Of a DNA stretch of 48,207 nucleotides, positions 44,390 through 48,207 are shown piece after piece. The notes beneath the pieces are model-generated. The model saw only the letters and a list, made by a program, of their open reading frames with translations, had not been told where the DNA came from and did not search any database. The DNA is from Chromera velia (lineage: Eukaryota), in NCBI GenBank assembly GCA_018398765.1, contig JAHBMJ010000496.1, forward strand, positions 1-48,207, read 5' to 3'. Position 1 is the stretch's first letter. Each line of letters starts with the position of its first letter. Position numbers and translations under genes: made by a program.

Positions 44390-45087
44390 CGCATGAGTAT
44401 CCTTGAATACTCGTCTTCATCTTCTGTGAAGCCTTCATGAAGGTCTTTTGGGCATACGGCCACGCATAGGAGCTTCGTCCCCTCTTTCGCTCTCGTCACA
44501 ATCTATGAGATATGAGAAGGGACTTCCGACAGATGAATGCGTTGATTGCCAAACCCCCTGCAGCAAATGTTAGAATAGATTTATGGAGGCCGGGCCAGGT
44601 AGTCCTTCCGTCCTTTTGGAAGGATTCTCCGGCCGTTTGTTCTCTCTACTTTTGCAGAAGACCTGGCTCGGGGGTCGAGTCTTTTTTTCCACTATATGTT
44701 TACTTCTTTTTACTTCTTTTTCCCTCTTGGAGCAGCGAAGAAAGAAAAGAAATTAGAGGAGGGCCCTTTAATATTGAAATGGAAGAGAGCGAGGAGACGA
44801 GGCGCAGATGCCGAGCGCCACTCCCCCACTCCTTTTCTCTGTGTCTGTATGTGTGTGCCACGATCCGAGTCCTGGAAGGGACTACAGGATCGAGGCATGT
44901 CTTCTTTGCTCTCTGTTTTTTGTCCTCACAACCGTTAACCTCTCTCCCTTTCTTATTCTTCCCCTTCGATTGCCTCCATTCTTCTCTCTTGGACTATATA
45001 GAGTGATGAGGGAGGAGGAGACAAAGGAAAGCAAAAGGTTTTTACACACAAAAAAGACCCTTCCCTACATACATAGAGGGAGGGAGG

Positions 45088-45130
<43 letters not shown>

Positions 45131-47600
45131 AGGGGGGTAGGAGGGCAGGGAGGCAGGGTAAGGGGGGGGGAGAAATCAGAACCAGACCTACAGCCAACGT
45201 GAGACGAGTGAGAGAAAGAGCATTCAAAAGAAGTGCAGGTGCATTGTCCCCTTCAGCCAACCCATCCCCCCCCCTCCACCGTGTGACCCGCCCCTTCACC
45301 GCCTTCAGCTGGAGGGTCATCAGGCTGCGGAGGGCTAGGCGGAAGGATTCTGCGGGCAGCGAAGCGAAGAATCTTGCGACGCTCGGCAGGGTTAGCGATA
45401 AGCCAGGCACTCCCTCCACTCCTTTTTAAAATGAGGAACACCATGTGGAGGCAGGGCACGTCACAGAAAAATTCCCCCAGGGTCTGCAGGTTCGAATCCT
45501 GCAGATTTTTCAGATATGACCCGACGGTCGTGAAGGAGCGGGGGAGAGACGTTCTGTTCCTAAGCGTAATATAGAGAGCATCCATTACTGGACTTATTTC
45601 ATTTCCCCCGTCTCCCGCAGGCCTTTGAGCTGAGGGAGGGACCTGTACATCGTAGGGGCTTTGAGGGAAATCAGACTTTCCCTCTGGAGGACAAAGTGCC
45701 TAGGCCACATTGTGCAGAGCTGAAGGAGCTTCCCACTGTATGCCAAGGGCTTGTACAGCTTGAAACCCAAGGGAAGCTTCTTCGGGTAGAATAAGTGTGT
45801 TGAGGGCAGGGAAGCCTGCGGAGGTTTCCTGAAGACCGCACCACAGCCGTTCGCTGGTGGGAGGGGCAAGGTTGCATCCTGCAGGAAGCGTGTAAAGAGA
45901 ACCAATTGAATGAACAGATGTGACAAAAATTTAAATGGTTAAAAGACTTCAATGAGGCAGAACAACTAAAGAACAGATAGAAACAAAGGCTGGCAAAGGC
46001 AAACCTGGACAAAAAAAGGAAGGCAGCGCCAAAGAAGGAAAGAAAAAAAGGAAATAAAAGACAAACACCATCCACAGAAGATGGAAACATAGCCTACAAC
46101 GGCCATAGATCGACTGAGTTCCCCTAGTACTTACCTGAAAGGTTCAGCAGCTTCATCCTCTGCAAAGCCTTTACGAAGGCCTTTCAGGCATAGGGCTACA
46201 CATGGCAGGGTTCCATCTTACTGAAGATAAACAGGACGTCCTCGGGTGTGCCTTCATCTTGGGCCCCCTCCTCTTCATCTTCCTCCTCTCCTTCATCGTT
46301 TTTGTCAACGTTTTCATCTCCGTCAAGGTCCTCATCTTCCTCATTTAGAATCTCTTCTTCTTCTTCCTCCTCCTCCTCCATGTCCCCGTTGTCGTCTGCC
46401 TCTGCTTCACTCTCATCGTCTGCATCAGATAACTGAGACCCTGCAGAACCTAGTACATTCAAAGGAAGACAAGATTGAGAAAAAAGTTTTCGAGAAACTC
46501 ATGGAGACCAACTAGGAAATTTAACTTGATGCAAAAGAGTTGCATGTACTATTCATTCTGGGTCACTCAGCTACCTCTATGTCAAATGAGAAAAACATCT
46601 GCTAAATTCTTTAGAACGAAGCCATTACATGATAACCGCTTGACTGATCCCAGTATTTCCTCACACATGCACCTGGAAGCGATAGATCCTCCATGGAGGA
46701 CGGAAGAGACACAAATAGCACCCCAGAAATTTTAGCCTTCACTGACGACTCTGCATGAAACGTACACATACCAATTATGTACGAAATATGACACTCATTT
46801 GCATTCCTTTAGGCAGTCACCCGCATACCCGAAGACAAAAGAGAAAAAGAAAAAAGAAGACCCACGGGCCACTTTGTTTACTCATCCCAAGAATCCATTC
46901 ACTTAAAACAGAAGGGATAGAGGGGGGGAAGAAGATTCATCCATTTCTTTTTTCTTTGATACCAGCATGCAGTCATTTGATTCGGCAGTACCTACCTGCT
47001 GTATGTAGTATGTTGAAGGCTGGAAAATCCCCTTTTCGCAAACATGAAACGAAAGACAACCAGCCCCTCTTGATCCCTGGATTGTCTGCACAGAGATAAA
47101 GAAAATAAACACACGTAATGAACAAATGACTTAGAGGATTCAGACGAGACTTGGAGAACTGAATCTATTGACAATGATGGAAGGACCCTAATTGGGTAAA
47201 GACCGCCAATTTAAATGAAAATCAAACACACTCAAAATGTTGTTGGGATACAGGAAGTCCCCGACAGATGCAGGCGGTAGAAATTGCAACAAACTCTGTT
47301 TCTCAATCATTCAGAAAGATTTGATGCAGATCCTTGAGTGTGCGGTGCAAAACAAGAGGAATAAATCGATATCATACAGCAACTGACAGTCGGCAACAAG
47401 TTTCTGCTGGCTTGCAAGGAGAGCCTTAAAGACAATGACAGATGGCCGTTCTTTCAGATCATACCCTGCAAAACATACAAATATGCTTAGAAAGTGGAAA
47501 CAGCTTGAGGTGCGTGTCCATGTGCAAGCAACAGCTAAGCTGGAGCTGAAATCACTATTTTGGCTGGTGAAACAAAACCACACTTTCGTAAGGCAGACAT
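44390..47600 (-). pseudogene. Fragmented, stop-containing multi-exon gene or TE remnant including an acidic exon
   Basis: Acidic exon 46440-46135 bounded by ttctgcag and gtaagt. Several coding-like but broken frames (45042-45926, 47311-47583). No recognised domain. Confidence 0.35.
45077..45127. repeat. (GGGA)n(GA)n microsatellite
   Basis: Directly visible. Confidence 0.9.
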
Positions 47601-48207
47601 ATTTGAAAATGCAAGGTCACCATCAGGTTCAATTAGTTGTGCAAAGTAACTAAACTGCATGAGAAGTCCAACAAGATGATTCATAAACTTCATATCTCCT
47701 CAAAACCTCTCCTCCCTTTAGTCTGACTCATGCTTAAAGCCTTTGCAAACATATAGACACATTGTCAACTAACCGCTCAGGTTCAGTTCCTGCAACCGCT
47801 TGAGCTTCACAAACGCGCAGCCAGAGAACTCCACCAAGACAAATCTATCCCAAACCGTCTCCAACATCAAAACGGTCTCCAAAATTACCATATCTATCAA
47901 ACATTTCTAGGTACTAAACAATGATTAAAAACTTAAAATAAAGAGTTTTAAACGGTTTGAGAGTGCAATTAAGTGTTTTTTAAATCCTAGTTAGTAAGAG
48001 AATTATATAAAAATTTGATTTATGATAACTATATATATATTTAAATTTGAATGTATGATTTGAAGTTTTTAACTCTTTAAAATATTTTCTTTACAATGAA
48101 TCTTAAGGTTTTAACAGAAAGATTGAAAACATATAAAACATAGTGTAGAGCTTTTACAAGTATCACAATTGATGTTATTAATATGTTGATATATATATAT
48201 ATATATA

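Noticed and set aside
43718..44406. Short plus-strand exon-like ORFs downstream of the DAC gene as partner/effector genes
   Set aside because: Fragmentary, with an in-frame stop and no recognisable domain; no support for a link.

Overview
Repeat-rich eukaryotic genomic window with GT-AG introns, long (TG)n/(GAAA)n intronic microsatellites and alternating AT-rich and GC-rich blocks. The style suggests a chromerid/alveolate protist such as Chromera, but that is inference only. The left ~30 kb is mostly nested, decayed mobile DNA: a Penelope-like RT pseudogene (~2.1-3.76 kb) and a second Penelope-like fragment (~28.8-30.1 kb), nested TIR elements (8-10.6 kb), a LINE RT split exactly by a 6.3-kb TIR element with a 5-bp TSD (carrying an intron-containing, possibly SLOG/LSDAT-like cargo gene and a ~1.1-kb palindrome), a Ty3/gypsy-type protease remnant, and a 242-bp MITE with CACAGTG-containing ends. 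Two near-exact duplications abut N gaps and are probably assembly artefacts. Host-like genes are an ankyrin-repeat protein, a membrane-anchored clan GH-A glycoside hydrolase-like gene and a TruA/Pus1-like gene lacking the catalytic Asp. The standout is a nearly intronless gene (40465-42947) encoding DAC (DisA_N diadenylate-cyclase-like) domain, kinase-like domain, DAC domain, whose two DAC halves retain complementary catalytic motifs. All domain calls come from motif recognition by eye; no searches were run.
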